Shown: piece after piece, positions 1-9,874 of the stretch
How positions within the stretch are numbered: the stretch's first letter is position 1
How the letters are laid out: each line of letters opens with the position of its first letter
From: Candidatus Spongiisociaceae bacterium
GTDB lineage: Bacteria; Actinomycetota; Acidimicrobiia; Spongiisociales; Spongiisociaceae
Length of the DNA stretch: 64,000 nt
Direction of reading: 5' to 3'
Assembly: GCA_965219685.1 (NCBI GenBank)
Contig: CBDCOH010000002.1
Coordinates: forward strand, 3,648,001-3,712,000
Translations under genes and position numbers: made by a program
Notes under the pieces: generated by a model
The model's database searches: none
What the model saw: the letters and a program-made list of their open reading frames with translations, nothing else
What the model was told of the DNA's origin: nothing

Positions 1-18
1 TTCCCGCGTGTGGCCCGC

Positions 19-1209
19 TCAGGCAGCGCCCCGCACGCGGATCGGCAGACGCCAGAGTCCGTGCAGTTCGCCTCGAGGCAGGATCGTCGGCTCGGTGTCG
101 CCGCCGGTTTTCACCTCCCAGTGGGGGAGGGCGGCGAGGGCTTCCTCGAGCGCGACCCTTATCTCGAGGCGGGCGAGCATGGCGCCGAGGCAGAGGTGGC
201 GGCCGGTCCCGAATGACAGATGCCTCGCCTTTCGCCCGAGCATGAAGCGCAGCGGGTCGGGGTAGGTTCCGGCGTCGACGTTTCCCCCGGCGTAGCACAT
301 GGCGACCGCTGATCCCTTCGGGATGACACAGCCGCCCATCTCGACGTCGGTCATGGTCTGGCGTCCCAGGAGGGTGACCGGGGCTCGCAGGCGGAGCAAC
401 TCCTCGATGGCGAGCGTCATGTTCACCGAGGGCTGCCGCAGCAGGTCCTGGTCGTCCGGATGGGTGCCCAGATGGTGCATGCTGTTGGCGATGCCGTTGA
501 CCGTCGTCTCGACCCCCGCCAGGTAGGCGAGCGATCCGAAACCCAGGATCTCCACGTCGTTGAGCTTCCGGCCGTTCATACGGCTGGCGGCCAGGAACGA
601 GAAGTAGCTGGACTCGCCGCCCCGGTCGCCGGACATCCGGTCGTGGACGTACTCGATCAGCCCGTAGCGGGACTGGTCGGCCACCTCCTGGCCGGCGGTG
701 CGACCGACGAACGTACCCTCGGCGTACTCCATGAACCGCTCCGAGTCGCTCACCGGGACCGCCAGGAACCGGGCCAGCGCCTTCATCACGTACGGGAGGG
801 CGAAGTCCTGCACGGCGTCCCCGCCGCCGGCCTCGGCCAGCTTGGCGAGCAACTTGCGGGCATCGTTGCGCAGGGCAGGCTCGAGCGGCATCACATGGTC
901 GCGCCCGAACCAGGGGGCGACGAGAGCCCGGTACTTGGTGTGCTCGGGAGGGTCGCTGCCCACCGGAAGCTCAACGATGGCCGCCTCGGGTGGCCACTGG
1001 GCATGGATTCTGGACGGCGCGAGGCCCGCGGACGAGAAACTCTGCCAGTCGAGCAGGGCAGCCCGGACATCCGCGTAGCGGGTCAGAAGCCAGTAGCCGC
1101 CCTTGGCGCTGGTGTGCAGGACCGGCTGCTCCTGATGGATGCGGGTGAGCACCTCGTGGGGGTTGAGGTAGAAGGAGGGGTGATCGTGGTCGAGGGAGGA
1201 AAGGTCCAT
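19..1209 (-). CDS. Cytochrome P450
   Basis: 396 aa. Heme motif FGTGRHLCLG, K-helix EELLR, I-helix AGVETT, and SDPPEH. Confidence 0.95.
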   Translation of the reverse strand: MDLSSLDHDHPSFYLNPHEVLTRIHQEQPVLHTSAKGGYWLLTRYADVRAALLDWQSFSSAGLAPSRIHAQWPPEAAIVELPVGSDPPEHTKYRALVAPWFGRDHVMPLEPALRNDARKLLAKLAEAGGGDAVQDFALPYVMKALARFLAVPVSDSERFMEYAEGTFVGRTAGQEVADQSRYGLIEYVHDRMSGDRGGESSYFSFLAASRMNGRKLNDVEILGFGSLAYLAGVETTVNGIANSMHHLGTHPDDQDLLRQPSVNMTLAIEELLRLRAPVTLLGRQTMTDVEMGGCVIPKGSAVAMCYAGGNVDAGTYPDPLRFMLGRKARHLSFGTGRHLCLGAMLARLEIRVALEEALAALPHWEVKTGGDTEPTILPRGELHGLWRLPIRVRGAA

Positions 1210-1269
1210 GAACCAGCATACCCAGAGCGCCCCTCCCGGGGTCGGCCCGGACCGTCTTTTCGTCAGCGG

Positions 1270-1494
1270 TCAGTAACGCTCGGCGCGACCTTCGTCCAAC
1301 GCATCCAGCACGTCGTCGGCCCGGACGCCAAGATCCGGGAGGGTCCCGAAGACGGACGGGTTGAGAGCCAGGCGGGTAGATGCAGCCAGCTCGCGCACCG
1401 CCATCTCGGAAACCGACAATCCTGCCTCCTCGGCGAGCAGCTTCAGATCGTCGACCACGTCATCAGGTACGTATCGCAAGTACAGGGTTCCCAT
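1270..1494 (-). CDS. FitA/VapB-like ribbon-helix-helix antitoxin (no adjacent toxin)
   Basis: MGTLYLRYVPDDVVDDLKLLAEEAGLSVSE is an RHH pattern; C-terminus LDALDEGRAER. ATG at 1494. Confidence 0.7.
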   Translation of the reverse strand: MGTLYLRYVPDDVVDDLKLLAEEAGLSVSEMAVRELAASTRLALNPSVFGTLPDLGVRADDVLDALDEGRAERY

Positions 1495-1593
1495 ATTGCA
1501 CAATGCTAGGAGTAGCCTACGAGTCTGTCAGTCATATCCAACAGTGGCCCCTCTCTACGTTCTATAGCACTATACGAAGCTACGTTCGAACGA

Positions 1594-1698
1594 CAATTCA
1601 CCATTCACCATTCACCATTCACCATTCACCATTCACCATTCACCATTCACCATTCACCATTCACCATTCACCATTCACCATTCACCATTCACCACTCA
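1594..1698 (-). repeat. Heptamer tandem array A1, (TGAATGG)n on the minus strand
   Basis: 13 perfect CCATTCA units plus 2 variant units; contains the stop codon of the PTE gene (1682-1684). Confidence 0.98.
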
Positions 1699-2752
1699 GT
1701 ATTCGCCGGGGGTTCTCCACGGTCATGTTGCGGATCTGGCGCTCGGTGACCCCGCGCTCGCGGAGCATCGGGATGGCGTGCTGTAGGACGAACGAGTAGC
1801 CGTCGCCGCCGTAGGACTTCCAGCGGATCTTGATGCCGACATCGTGGGACATCACCAACCGGCGGTCGTAGCCCTCCCGGCACAGGGTGGCGATGGCGTC
1901 GACCCGCTCGATGTCGGTCGGCATGGCGAAGCCCCCCATGAATGCCGACTCGCTGATCCCCTCGCAGCCGAACAGGTCGTACGAGAGGGTGATCCCCCGT
2001 GCCAGCAGGCGCCGGTGGTAGTCGAGGTCGTGCAACGTCATGTCGCAGTGGCTCAGGTAGAAGCGGTCGAGGTCGGCGCCCTCCTCCTCGATCAGGTCCA
2101 CGTACGACTCGCCGACCTTCGCCAGTCCTCCCGAGTCCGGGTCGTGGATCGAGGGGTGGAAGGTGAAGCCGACCCCGGTGCGGATCTGGGCCCGGCAGGC
2201 GGCCCGCAGCACCTTCTCCTCCTCCGGGTGGTGGGGGACGGGTTCGGTGCATGCGCACTCTCCGATCGCTCCGGCCCTGATGCCGGTGTCCTCGATTCCC
2301 TCCTCGAGTTCCCCGACCATGAGCCCGGCGATCTCGTCGACCGTCATGCCGGCCAGCCAGGGCGGATGCACCGTTTGCTTGTAGAACCCCGTGGTGGCGA
2401 TGATGTTGACGCCACTCTGGCGGGACACGCGGCGCAACCCCCGTACATCCCGACCCAGACCCCAGGTCGTGTTCTCGACGACTGTCGTCCCTCCCCACTG
2501 CCGGTAGTCGGCCAATGCCTCGGCGACCCGGTCCTCGTCGTCGAGCATCAGGTTGGTCCGGTTCGGGGCGCCCTTCCGCAAGGCGCCGAGTATCTCGATG
2601 GAGATGTCCGCGTCCCAGAGTTCGTGAGTGCTCGGATCACCATGTTGCTCGTACAGGGCGATCTGATTGCTGATCAGCACGTGCTCGTGTAGCAGCACCG
2701 TCCCGAGATCCCCTGGGGCGACCGGCCCCGTGACCGTCTGAACGGCGCTCAT
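1682..2752 (-). CDS. Phosphotriesterase/Php-family metallohydrolase 1
   Basis: VQTVTGPV, LLHEHV, TGFY, IGE, SHCD, SHD, NPRRIL. Alternative start at 2767. Ends SGEW inside the array. Confidence 0.9.
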   Translation of the reverse strand: MSAVQTVTGPVAPGDLGTVLLHEHVLISNQIALYEQHGDPSTHELWDADISIEILGALRKGAPNRTNLMLDDEDRVAEALADYRQWGGTTVVENTTWGLGRDVRGLRRVSRQSGVNIIATTGFYKQTVHPPWLAGMTVDEIAGLMVGELEEGIEDTGIRAGAIGECACTEPVPHHPEEEKVLRAACRAQIRTGVGFTFHPSIHDPDSGGLAKVGESYVDLIEEEGADLDRFYLSHCDMTLHDLDYHRRLLARGITLSYDLFGCEGISESAFMGGFAMPTDIERVDAIATLCREGYDRRLVMSHDVGIKIRWKSYGGDGYSFVLQHAIPMLRERGVTERQIRNMTVENPRRILSGEW

Positions 2753-2763
2753 CGCGGGCCCCG

Positions 2764-2875
2764 CCATTCACCACTCACTACTCACCATTCACCACTCACC
2801 ATTCACCATTCACCATTCACCACTCACTACTCACCATTCACCATTCACCATTCACCATTCACCATTCACCACTCG
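2764..2875 (-). repeat. Heptamer tandem array A2
   Basis: 16 units of CCATTCA/CCACTCA/CTACTCA filling nearly the whole intergenic gap. Confidence 0.98.
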
Positions 2876-3905
2876 GGATCGAGTATTGCCTGAGAACCGA
2901 CAGGATTCCCTGCCAGGTGGCCTCCACCAACTCGATCGGCCGGTCCCGGTTGGCGGCCCGGGCCTTCGCCTCGATCTCCCCCGGGTACATGATGGGCCTC
3001 GACTCGTCGCGCAGCCGGGTGCCTTTGAGGTGGTCGGTCATGATCGATGCCCGCCGCTTCGCCTCCTCGATGGGCACGAAGCGCTCCGGGTCGAGCACGA
3101 TGATCATGGAGTCGTTGCTGAAGGAGTCGGTCGGGTCTCCGGGTATGCCTCCCCCGGACAGGACCCCGCCGAAGAGGTCAACCATGAACGCCAGGGCGTA
3201 GCCCTTGTGGCCCTCCTCCCGGCCCAGCGGAAGGATGGCGCCGCCGCCGTAGAAGTCGTCGGGGTCGGTGGTGGGATTGCCGTCGGAGTCGATGATCCAC
3301 CCCGCCGGGGTCTGCTCGCCGCGGAACCTGTACATGCGTACCTTGCCCTCCGCCACCACCGAGGTCGCCATGTCCATCAGGAAAGGTCCTGCGTAGGCGG
3401 ACGGGAAGGACATGGCCACCGGGTTGGAGTTCAGTTTCCGCTCGGTGCCGCCGAACGGCGCCTGGTTGATGCCGTGTCCGCCCCCGCAGGTGAAGATGAT
3501 CGACGCCATGTCGCAGCCGGCCACCTTCTCGGCATAGCGGCCCAGGCGACCGATGTGCTTCACCCGGCGCATCGTCACCGAGCCGATTCCAGTGGTGCGG
3601 GCCTTCTCGATAGCCAGGTCGGTGGCGAACGTGGCGACTACCTGGCCGAACGCCCAGTTTCCGTCTACCCGCGCCGTCGAGGCGGATTCCGACACTATCC
3701 GGGGACCGGCGTCCGGGATCAACTCGCCCCGGTCGATGGCGTCGACGTACTCGCGCAGGCGCAGGACCCCGTGCGAGTGGTGCCCGATGGTGTCGTTGTC
3801 CACCAGGTGGTCGGCTACGACCCGGGCGGCGGCATCCGAGGCTCCCGCAGCCTGCAGCGCGGTGGCGCACATGTCCTCGAGATGTTCCCTCCGGATCCTC
3901 GGCAC
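2859..3905 (-). CDS. Type 2 malate/L-lactate dehydrogenase family oxidoreductase (Ldh_2)
   Basis: GHHSHGVLRL, HIGRLG, NPVA, DMATS, GHKGYAL, PGEIE. Ends SGEW inside the array. Confidence 0.92.
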   Translation of the reverse strand: MPRIRREHLEDMCATALQAAGASDAAARVVADHLVDNDTIGHHSHGVLRLREYVDAIDRGELIPDAGPRIVSESASTARVDGNWAFGQVVATFATDLAIEKARTTGIGSVTMRRVKHIGRLGRYAEKVAGCDMASIIFTCGGGHGINQAPFGGTERKLNSNPVAMSFPSAYAGPFLMDMATSVVAEGKVRMYRFRGEQTPAGWIIDSDGNPTTDPDDFYGGGAILPLGREEGHKGYALAFMVDLFGGVLSGGGIPGDPTDSFSNDSMIIVLDPERFVPIEEAKRRASIMTDHLKGTRLRDESRPIMYPGEIEAKARAANRDRPIELVEATWQGILSVLRQYSIPSGEW

Positions 3906-4017
3906 CGTCCGGCTCCCTTTCGATCGGATCGTCGGACGGGCTGTGCTCCGCCCTGATCAGCCCCAAGTACTGTACTGCCTTGCAGGTTCCGGAGAACGGG
4001 TGTCATGGAGGTGAAGG

Positions 4018-4746
4018 ATGCAGGAAGCGACACCGGTAACCGCTTCAACCCTCGATCTGCTTCGGCGGTTCGACACGCCCACCATCTGCAACGTGATCGA
4101 GCTGTTCGATGTCAGACCCCGCGACCAGGGCTACATGGACCACCGCGTCCGCTGTGCCTTTCCAGAGATGCCCCCGATGGTCGGTCTTGCCGCGACGGCG
4201 GCATTTCGATCGGCGGGCGAGCCGTCGGCGACCGACGTGTATGGCTCCTTCGAGGAGCAGATCGAACTGTTCGAAGCCCTCGACGGCCCGCCGGTGGTCG
4301 TCTACCAGGACCTCGACGATCCACCCGCCGCGGCGGTGTTCGGGGAGGTCATGTGCACTACGTACCGGACCTTCGGAGCTGTGGGCCTCGTGACTAACGG
4401 CGGCGGGCGGGACCTCGACCAGGTGAGGGCGCTCGACTTTCCGGTCTTCACGGGGTCCACCATCAGCGCGCACGGGTACTGCCGCAGCCTGCACGTCGGG
4501 CTGCAGGTCAGGGTGGGCGGCCTGGTTGTCAACACCGGCGACCTGCTTCACGGTGATCTGAACGGCGTCACCAGCATCCCCAGGAACATCGCCGCCGAGG
4601 TGGCGGAGGTGGCCGCCGACTTCGTGGCCGCCGAGGCGATCGTCCTGGACTACCTCAACGGTCCGGGTACCAAGACCCGGGCCGGGTTCTCCGATGCGTT
4701 CGCCGAGTTCCGGGCGGCGGTCGCCGACCTACGGGCGGCCATTTGA
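4018..4746 (+). CDS. RraA/HMG-aldolase family protein
   Basis: DTPTICN, FGEVM, GGGRDLD, GDLLHGDLNGV. Confidence 0.85.
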   Translation: MQEATPVTASTLDLLRRFDTPTICNVIELFDVRPRDQGYMDHRVRCAFPEMPPMVGLAATAAFRSAGEPSATDVYGSFEEQIELFEALDGPPVVVYQDLDDPPAAAVFGEVMCTTYRTFGAVGLVTNGGGRDLDQVRALDFPVFTGSTISAHGYCRSLHVGLQVRVGGLVVNTGDLLHGDLNGVTSIPRNIAAEVAEVAADFVAAEAIVLDYLNGPGTKTRAGFSDAFAEFRAAVADLRAAI

Positions 4747-4938
4747 CGACGCGTTTCGTCCCCCTGAGTGGTCTCGGGCACCGAAAACGGGGCTCTAGCT
4801 GGTGGGATTCCCCACAGTTTCGGGGATCGCTTAGAGTGCTGCCGGTGGGACGTACGGTGATTGACGTTCCCGAACTGTTGTTGCTGCCGTGACCGGTTTG
4901 CCGTTGAGACTGCCGGGAGAGAAGGCGAAGGAGTGAGC

Positions 4939-7900
4939 ATGACGAGTTGGCGGCCCAGGGGTCGATTGGCGTACTTCGCGGCGCTGGCGATGCTGGTGGG
5001 GATACTGGTCTCGGTCCCGGTGTCGGCCGGTGCCCAGGACGCGGAGGGGGACGACGGGTTCGTCCTCACGATCCTGCACAACAACGATGGCGAGTCGAAG
5101 CTCCTACCCGACGACGGTTCGGATCCGGGCGTGGCACGTTTCGTGGCGCTGATGAGACAGCTGCAGGCCACCGCGGCCGGCGAGGCGGTCGTGACGCTCA
5201 CCTCGGGTGACAACTTCCTGGCCTCCCAGGAGTTCGGAGTCTCGCTGGCGCGCGAGGGGCCCCTTTACGACTCGGTCGCCCTGAGCGGTGTCTACGACGC
5301 GATGGCGCTGGGCAACCATGACTTCGACATGGGCCCGGAGGTCACCGCCCGGTTCATCAGGGGCTTCGATCCGGCCATCCCGTTCCTGTCGGCCAACCTC
5401 GACTTCTCCGCCGAGCCGGAACTGCAGGCTCTGGTCGACCAGGGCCTCATCGCCGGTAGCACGGTGCTGGACAAGGGGCCGGTGCGGGTCGGTGTGATCG
5501 GTGCGGTCACGCCGATGCTGCCGAACATCTCGAGCCCCCGCAACGTGGCGGTCTCCCCGGTGCTGGCGGCTGTCCAAGCCGAAGTGGAGAGCCTCGAGGC
5601 CCAGGGGATCAACGTGATCGTCCTGGTCAGCCACCTTCAGGATGTCGCCGAGGAGATCGAGCTCGTGGCGAGCCTGTCCGGCGTGGACGTGGTGATCGCG
5701 GGCGGCGGCGACGACCTGTTGCGCAACGAGGGTGACACCTGCCTGCCCGACGAGGAGGCTGTGGCTCCCTACCCGATCATGGTGGAGGACGCCGCGGGGG
5801 CGATGGTTCCGGTGGTTACGGCACCGGGCGGGTACCGCTGCATCGGCATGCTCGATGTGAAGTTCGACGCGGCGGGGAACGTGGTGGCCGCCGATGGCAG
5901 CTCCGTCGGGGTCGGTTTCGAGGTGGAGCCCGATCCAGGCGTGCAGGCCAACGTGATCGAACCGCTGACCGCGGCCGTCGCCCGGATCAGTTCCGAAGTG
6001 ATCGGCACCAGCGAAGTCGAGTTGGACGCCCGCAAGCCGATGATCCGGACGGTGGCGACCAACGAGGGCAACCTGATGGCCGACGCGCTGCGGGCGGCCG
6101 CCGTCAACCTGGCGGAGAAGTTCGGCAGCCCCGTACCGGATGTCGCCATCCAGAACGGCGGGGGCATCCGCAACGACTCGGTGATACCCCCGGGTGAGAT
6201 CACGGTGGGGACCACGTGGGACATCGCCCCGTTCCGCAACTTCGTGGTGGTGGGCGAGGTGCCCCGTGACGTATTCCACGTCCTGCTGGAGCAGGCACTG
6301 GACCGCCTGCCGGGAGCCGGGGGCCAGTTCGCCCAGGTTTCGGGCTTCACCCTTACCTACGACCCGTCCGCTCCCGCCAGAGAGATCGCCCGGGACGGCG
6401 ACTGCTCCCTGGTCGGCAATCCCGGCGGGCGGGTGCAGGAAGTGGTGCTCGACGATGGCACCGTGATCGTCACCGGCGGCCAGGTCGTGCCCGGCGATCC
6501 GGTGGCGCTGGCCACCATCGACTTCCTCGTCGGCGGCGGGGACTGCTACCCGTTGACGGAAATCGAGTTCACCAAACTCGGTGTCAGCTATCAGCAGGCG
6601 CTGGCCAACTACATCTCCGAGGATCTGGGCGGGAAGATCACCGCCGAGGACTACCCGGTCGGCGGCGGGGGCAGGATCGTTGCCCTTGAGCCCGAACCGG
6701 AGCCCGAGCCCCAGCCGGAACCCGAACTCTTGCCGGAACCGGAACTGGAACCCATTTTCGAGACGGTGACGGTGAAGCCCGGCGACACGCTCCGCAAGAT
6801 CGCCATGGCGTACCTGGGCGACGAGACGCGCTGGCCCGAGATCTACGCACTGAATAGGGGCGTAGTCCAGGCCGATGGCAGGAAGCTGACCAACCCCAAC
6901 GTGATCCGCATCGGTTGGGTGCTCCGGATCGACGTGGGGCCGGAGCCGTTGCCGATCGATCCGGATGCGCGAGTCGGCACCCTCGACAACGGATTCACCT
7001 ACTACCTGCGTAGCAACGACCGGCCCGGCAACAGCATGACGATGCGGCTGGTTGTCAACGCAGGGTCGGCCAACGAACCCGCTCCGGGTCTCGGGATCGC
7101 CCACTACGTGGAGCACATGGTTCTGAGGGGTACGGAGGAGTATCCCGATGAGGTCTTCAGCGCGACGGTCCGGAACCTTGGCGCGGAGTTGGGTCCCGAC
7201 ACCAACGCGTACGTCTGGTACGACCAGACGGTCTACGAGTTGACGGTGGCAGCCGACGAGCCGGAGAAGGTCAGTACCGCCCTGCACATGCTATCGCAGC
7301 TGGCCCATGCGGCCACTCTCAGCCCGGAGGCTACGGAGAGCGAAAGGGGGGTGGTGATCGACGAACTGCGTTTCAGGACCGCCACCGGCAGTGGCCAGAT
7401 CTCCGCCGAGTTCGACCGTATCTACACGGAGGGCACACCTTACGAGGGCTACTACGCCATCGGCACTATTCCGGCAATCGAGGCGACGACCGCCGAGGAC
7501 CTGCGGGCGTTCTACGAGACGTGGTACGTACCTTCGAACCTGGCCATCGTGGCGGTGGGCGACATGCCAATCGACGAGTTGCAGGCCCTGGTGGAGGAGC
7601 ACTTCGGGCCGATTCCGCCCGGAGAGCCCCCGCCGTTCTCCCTGCCGGAGGTCGTTCCCGATCCCGAACCTTCGTACCACGTGGTCACCCATGAAGAGCA
7701 GGCATTCAACTTCATCTCTCTCGACATTCCCATCCCGGCCTCCTCTCCCGGTTCGTACGAGGGGCAGCGCCTGGCTCTGATGGAAAGGCTCATCCAGCTG
7801 ATGGTGCTGAACCGGCTCGAGGACGCCTACTACCGGGGCGAACTCACCCAGGTCGACCGCCCGTCCTTCATTACGTTCACCCACGGCAACGCGCTGCGGT

Positions 7901-9675
7901 ACTACGGCACGAACTGGCAGGGGGATGATCTCGCGACGGCCTCCGCCGCGTACATGTCGGTGCTGCTCACCATCGGTGAGTTCGGCTTCGCGGAGCCCGA
8001 CCTGGACCGGGCCACGGAGCAGCTCGTGACCGCCTTGGAGCAGGAACTGGAGAGTGCCGCCACCATCAACGACCCGGCGTACGCGGACAGCTACCTGTCA
8101 CACTTCCTGTTCGGTGGCGACATCAGCGCCCCGCAGGATCGGCACGACCGGCTCATCGCCCTGCTGGGCGAGATGCAGGCCGAGCATCTGACAGCTCGCT
8201 ACCGCTGGATGATGGACAGGGCAGGGCCGCTCTTCATCGCGGTCGGCCCCGACCCTGCCGGCCTGCCCACGACCGCCGAACTCGCGGCCGCGGTCTCCGC
8301 CGCCGTCCCCCGCAGCGAGCCGCCGCCGGTGGAGGAGTCGATCGAAGAGCTGATGCCGCTTCCCGAACCGGTGGAGCCGGTGAGGAGCAGCCGGCTGGAC
8401 GAGTTGGAGGGCTTCGAGTGGGAGTTCGCCAACGGGGCGACGGTGGTGTTCGTCCACTCCGAGATCGCGGAGGCAACCGTAGACATCCGGGCGCGGTCGC
8501 TGGGGGGATGGTCGCAACTCGAACCGGGAGCGCGCGCTCTTGCGCCTCGGGCCGTCGAGGCCGTCCTAGGGAGCGGGTTCGGCGACTTGTCGAAGTCGCA
8601 GATCAACCGCTTCCTCGACGAGAGCACCGCTTCGGTGAGCGCGGTGATCGGCGAGCGCGTGGAGGGCTTAAACGGCGCTTCGAATCCAGACGACCTCGAG
8701 ACGGTTTTCCAGCTGATGCACCTGCTGGTCACCGCCCCCAGGGTGGACGACGTCGCCTTCGGCCAGGCCTTCAACGGGGCCAGGATCCGGACGCAGCTGG
8801 CCGAGGTGAACCCCGCATGGCAGGCCTGGGTCGCCTACAACGAGGCCCGTTACGGCTTGGAGTGGCACCGGCCGGTGGCGACCCATGAGCAACTCGCGGC
8901 GATGAGCGCCGAGTCGCTGCTCGATCTGTTCCAGCGTCGCCTCGGCGACGTGGACGATCTCCTGGTCGCGGTGGTCGGCGATGTCGACGCCGAGGTGGTC
9001 GAGCGCCTCGCCCGCTACTACATAGGAACCCTCCCCGCAGGTGACGCGGACACCTTCGTCGACCGCCACCGACCCTTCCCCGAAGGGGTCACAAGGCGCG
9101 AGATACCGGACGGCCCGGAGACGAGTGCGGTTCTGGAGATCTCCCACGAGGCCGAGTTGGCGGTGACCCCGTCCGTGCGGGTCAACGCCCACGTGCTCCG
9201 GGTGCTTCTCGACGAACGGCTGCTCATCCAGGTCAGGGAGGAGTTGGGTGAATCCTACGTGGTGTACTCCAGGATCACCCCGGCTCTGATTCCCAGGCCC
9301 ACGGTCTATTCGGACATCGTGCTGACGGTCGACGCCGAAGGCCTTGAGGATGCCCATTCCACGGTCCTCTCGATCCTGGCGAATCTGGTCGCCAACGGCC
9401 CGACGGCGGAGGAGCTCCAGCAGGCCAGAGCCGTCGCGGCGGCCGACTACGACAAGATCACCAACAGCACCCTGCTCAACGTGCTGACGGAGCGTCTGTA
9501 CACCAGCGATGACAACGTCCTCACATCAAAGGGCTCCGTCGAGGCACTCGAGAAGGTCACCGCAGCCACCGTTCAGGCGTTGGCCGCCGATCTCTACGAC
9601 ACGGAGGACCGGATCGAGATCGTCCGCGTCCCTACCTCCGCGGAGGAGACAACCGAGTCCGGTGACGCCGGCTAA
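4939..9675 (+). CDS. Secreted fusion: 5'-nucleotidase/metallophosphoesterase + LysM + M16 (insulinase-family) zinc peptidase
   Basis: Signal peptide, LHNND, GDNF, GNHDFD, NGGGIR, PE linker, LysM (VKPGDTLRKIA...IYALN), HYVEH. RBS AAGGAG precedes ATG 4939. Confidence 0.88.
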   Translation: MTSWRPRGRLAYFAALAMLVGILVSVPVSAGAQDAEGDDGFVLTILHNNDGESKLLPDDGSDPGVARFVALMRQLQATAAGEAVVTLTSGDNFLASQEFGVSLAREGPLYDSVALSGVYDAMALGNHDFDMGPEVTARFIRGFDPAIPFLSANLDFSAEPELQALVDQGLIAGSTVLDKGPVRVGVIGAVTPMLPNISSPRNVAVSPVLAAVQAEVESLEAQGINVIVLVSHLQDVAEEIELVASLSGVDVVIAGGGDDLLRNEGDTCLPDEEAVAPYPIMVEDAAGAMVPVVTAPGGYRCIGMLDVKFDAAGNVVAADGSSVGVGFEVEPDPGVQANVIEPLTAAVARISSEVIGTSEVELDARKPMIRTVATNEGNLMADALRAAAVNLAEKFGSPVPDVAIQNGGGIRNDSVIPPGEITVGTTWDIAPFRNFVVVGEVPRDVFHVLLEQALDRLPGAGGQFAQVSGFTLTYDPSAPAREIARDGDCSLVGNPGGRVQEVVLDDGTVIVTGGQVVPGDPVALATIDFLVGGGDCYPLTEIEFTKLGVSYQQALANYISEDLGGKITAEDYPVGGGGRIVALEPEPEPEPQPEPELLPEPELEPIFETVTVKPGDTLRKIAMAYLGDETRWPEIYALNRGVVQADGRKLTNPNVIRIGWVLRIDVGPEPLPIDPDARVGTLDNGFTYYLRSNDRPGNSMTMRLVVNAGSANEPAPGLGIAHYVEHMVLRGTEEYPDEVFSATVRNLGAELGPDTNAYVWYDQTVYELTVAADEPEKVSTALHMLSQLAHAATLSPEATESERGVVIDELRFRTATGSGQISAEFDRIYTEGTPYEGYYAIGTIPAIEATTAEDLRAFYETWYVPSNLAIVAVGDMPIDELQALVEEHFGPIPPGEPPPFSLPEVVPDPEPSYHVVTHEEQAFNFISLDIPIPASSPGSYEGQRLALMERLIQLMVLNRLEDAYYRGELTQVDRPSFITFTHGNALRYYGTNWQGDDLATASAAYMSVLLTIGEFGFAEPDLDRATEQLVTALEQELESAATINDPAYADSYLSHFLFGGDISAPQDRHDRLIALLGEMQAEHLTARYRWMMDRAGPLFIAVGPDPAGLPTTAELAAAVSAAVPRSEPPPVEESIEELMPLPEPVEPVRSSRLDELEGFEWEFANGATVVFVHSEIAEATVDIRARSLGGWSQLEPGARALAPRAVEAVLGSGFGDLSKSQINRFLDESTASVSAVIGERVEGLNGASNPDDLETVFQLMHLLVTAPRVDDVAFGQAFNGARIRTQLAEVNPAWQAWVAYNEARYGLEWHRPVATHEQLAAMSAESLLDLFQRRLGDVDDLLVAVVGDVDAEVVERLARYYIGTLPAGDADTFVDRHRPFPEGVTRREIPDGPETSAVLEISHEAELAVTPSVRVNAHVLRVLLDERLLIQVREELGESYVVYSRITPALIPRPTVYSDIVLTVDAEGLEDAHSTVLSILANLVANGPTAEELQQARAVAAADYDKITNSTLLNVLTERLYTSDDNVLTSKGSVEALEKVTAATVQALAADLYDTEDRIEIVRVPTSAEETTESGDAG

Positions 9676-9687
9676 GGCTATAGCCCT

Positions 9688-9739
9688 GTTATGACATTCT
9701 TGTTTTTCGCGATCCCCGCGGAAACAAGAATGTCATAAC
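9688..9739. repeat. Perfect 18-bp AT-rich inverted repeat (terminator or MITE-like)
   Basis: GTTATGACATTCTTGTTT-N16-AAACAAGAATGTCATAAC. Confidence 0.85.
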
Positions 9740-9874
9740 TATGTTGGGGCTGTGAGGACCGGCGGACATGCCGGCAGGTGATTGACAGACCTTCCGGATG
9801 AGAGTCCATCACTTCCAGTCCGTTCCGCCGGTGCCGGCCTCGACCCCTCTGTGGGGTGAGGGGAGGAGTTAAGG

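Noticed and set aside
1380-1799. ORFs encoding (TIHHSPF)n or similar His-rich repeats (also 19036, 36580, 45955, 55248)
   Set aside because: These are antisense read-throughs of the stop-free C-rich strand of the arrays and overlap real genes.
1594-2875. Heptamer arrays as CRISPR arrays or telomeres
   Set aside because: No spacers, unit only 7 bp, no cas genes, and the arrays are internal to continuous gene-dense sequence.
5104-7287. Long antisense ORFs (also 24673-26478, 37252-38937, 20489-22126)
   Set aside because: Shadow ORFs typical of high-GC DNA, opposite well-supported genes and without motifs.
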